From Squalus acanthias (lineage: Eukaryota), in the NCBI GenBank assembly GCA_030390025.1, contig JASTWF010000497.1, forward strand, positions 248,001-312,000: a DNA stretch of 64,000 nt, in the 5' to 3' direction. Positions 62,101 to 64,000 of this stretch are shown here, piece by piece (the first letter of the stretch is position 1; the number at the start of each line of letters is the position of its first letter). Below the pieces are notes generated by a model that made no database searches, was not told where the DNA came from, and saw only the letters and a list, made by a program, of their open reading frames with translations. The position numbers and the translations under genes were made by a program.

Positions 62101-64000
62101 TACAGACTATCCTCATTTGTAACAATATGAATACTGACTATCCACATTTGTTAGTGTGAATACAGACTATCCCCATTTCTAAGTCTGAATAAAAACTATC
62201 CCCATTTCTTAGTGTAAATACAGACTATCGCCATTTGTTACGGTGTGAATACAGATAATCCCCATTTGTTACAGTGTGAATACAGACTATCCGCATTTGT
62301 TACAGTGTGAATACAGACTATCACCATTTGTTACACTGTGAATACAGACTATCCCCATTTGTTACAGTGTGAATACAGACTATTTCCATTTGTTAGTGCG
62401 AACACAGACTATCCCCATTTGTTACAGTGTGAATACAGACAATACCCATTTGTTACAGTATGAATACAGACAATCACCATTTGTTACAGTTTGAATACGG
62501 ACTATCCCGATTTGTTACAATGTGAATACAGAATATCCCCATTTCTTACAGTATGAATACAGACTATCCCCATTTGTTACAGTATGAATACAGACTATCC
62601 CCATTTCTTACAATGTGAATACAGACTATCCCCATTTGTTACAGTGTGAATACAGACTATCCCCATTTGTTAGTGTGAATACAGACTATCCCCATTTGTT
62701 ACAGTGTTAGTACAGACAATCACCATTTGTTACAGTTTCAATACAGACTAATCCCATTTGTTAGTGTCAATACAGAATATCCCCATTTGTTAGTGTGAAT
62801 ACAGACTATCCCCATTTGTTACAGTGTGAATACAGACTATCCCCATTTGTTACAGTTTGTATACAGACTATCTCCATTTGTTACAGTTTGAATACAGACT
62901 ATCCCTATTTGTTACAGTTTGAAAACAGACTATCACCATTTGTTACAGTGTGAAAACAGACTATTCCCATTTGTAACAGTGTGAATACAGGCTATCCCCA
63001 TTTGTTAGTGTGAATACAGACTATCCCCATTTCTAAGTGTGAATACAAACTATCCCCATTTGTTAGTGTGAAGACAGACTATCACCATTTGTTACAGTGC
63101 GAATACAGACTATGCCCATTTGTTACAGTGTGAATACAGACTATCACCATTTGTTACAGTTTGAATACAGACTATCCCCATTTGTTAGTGTGAATACAGA
63201 CGATCCCCATTTGTTACACTGTGAGTACAGACAATCACCATTTGTTACAGTTTGAATACAGACTAACCCCATTTGTTACAGTGTGAATACAGACTATCCC
63301 CATTTGTTAGTGTCAATACAGAATATCCCCATTTGTTACAGTGTGAATACAGACTATCCCCATTTGTTACAGCTTGAATACAGACTATTCCCATTTATTA
63401 CAGTGTGAATACAGACTATCCCCATTTGTTACAGTGTGAAAACAGACTATCCTCATTTGTTACAGTTTAAATACAGACTATCTCCATTTGTTACAGTTTG
63501 AATACAGACTATCCCTATTTGTTACAGTTTGAAAACAGACTATCACCATTTGTTACAGTGTGAATACAGATTATTCCCATTTGTAACAGTGTGAATACAG
63601 GCTATCCCCATTTGTTAGTGTGAATACAGACTATCCCCATTTCTAAGTGTGAAAACAAACTATCCCCATTTGTTAGTGTGAAGACAGATTATCACCATTT
63701 GTTACAGTGTGAATACACATAATCCCCATTTGTTACAGTTTGAATACAGACTATCCTCATTTGTAACAGTATGAATACTGACTATCCACATTTGTTAGTG
63801 AGAATACAGACTATCCCCATTTCTAAGTTTGAATACAAACTATCCCCATTTCTTAGTGTGAATACAGACTATCTCCATTTGCTAGTGTGAATACAGACTA
63901 TCCCCAATTTTCACAGTGTGAATACAGACTATCCCCAATTGTTACAGTGTGAATACAGACTATCCCCATTTGTTAGTGTGAATACAGACTATCCCCAATT
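47157..64000. repeat. Satellite array, 31-bp unit CAGACTATCCCCATTTGTTACAGTGTGAATA with a 29-bp variant; runs off the window end
   Basis: Units at 47161, 47192 and onward. At least 16.8 kb, roughly 550 monomers. Diagnostic variants recur at long periods. Confidence 0.99.

Noticed and set aside
47157-64000. CRISPR array or repeat-protein ORFs (MNTDYPQLLQCEYR...)
   Set aside because: No spacers. The ORFs are incidental products of alternating 31- and 29-bp units (60 bp) and are frequently interrupted by stops.

Overview
This is repeat-rich vertebrate DNA, most likely from a cartilaginous fish (shark). That inference rests on Deu-domain tRNA SINEs, abundant CR1 LINEs, and RTE and L2 remnants; nothing here is prokaryotic. 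Bases 1-47 kb are mostly intronic or intergenic and hold nested retroelements plus many non-autonomous PIF/Harbinger-type DNA transposons with GG..AATT termini and 3-bp TSDs. One of these carries a decayed 3-exon Myb/SANT gene. Four small phase-compatible + strand exons (35778-46486) splice into the C-terminus of a coiled-coil-like protein I cannot name. A 23-bp minisatellite lies at about 11.3-13.1 kb. A 31/29-bp satellite with multi-level higher-order repeats (about 3.56 kb period) fills 47.16 kb to the end of the window. The most notable points are a single-ORF LINE whose 5' end is a tRNA-derived SINE head, a triple transposon nest, Harbinger deletion derivatives that may keep both gene starts, and a stem-loop and U1-type motifs shared among dissimilar MITEs. 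Repeat boundaries were read by eye and are approximate unless TSDs are quoted.
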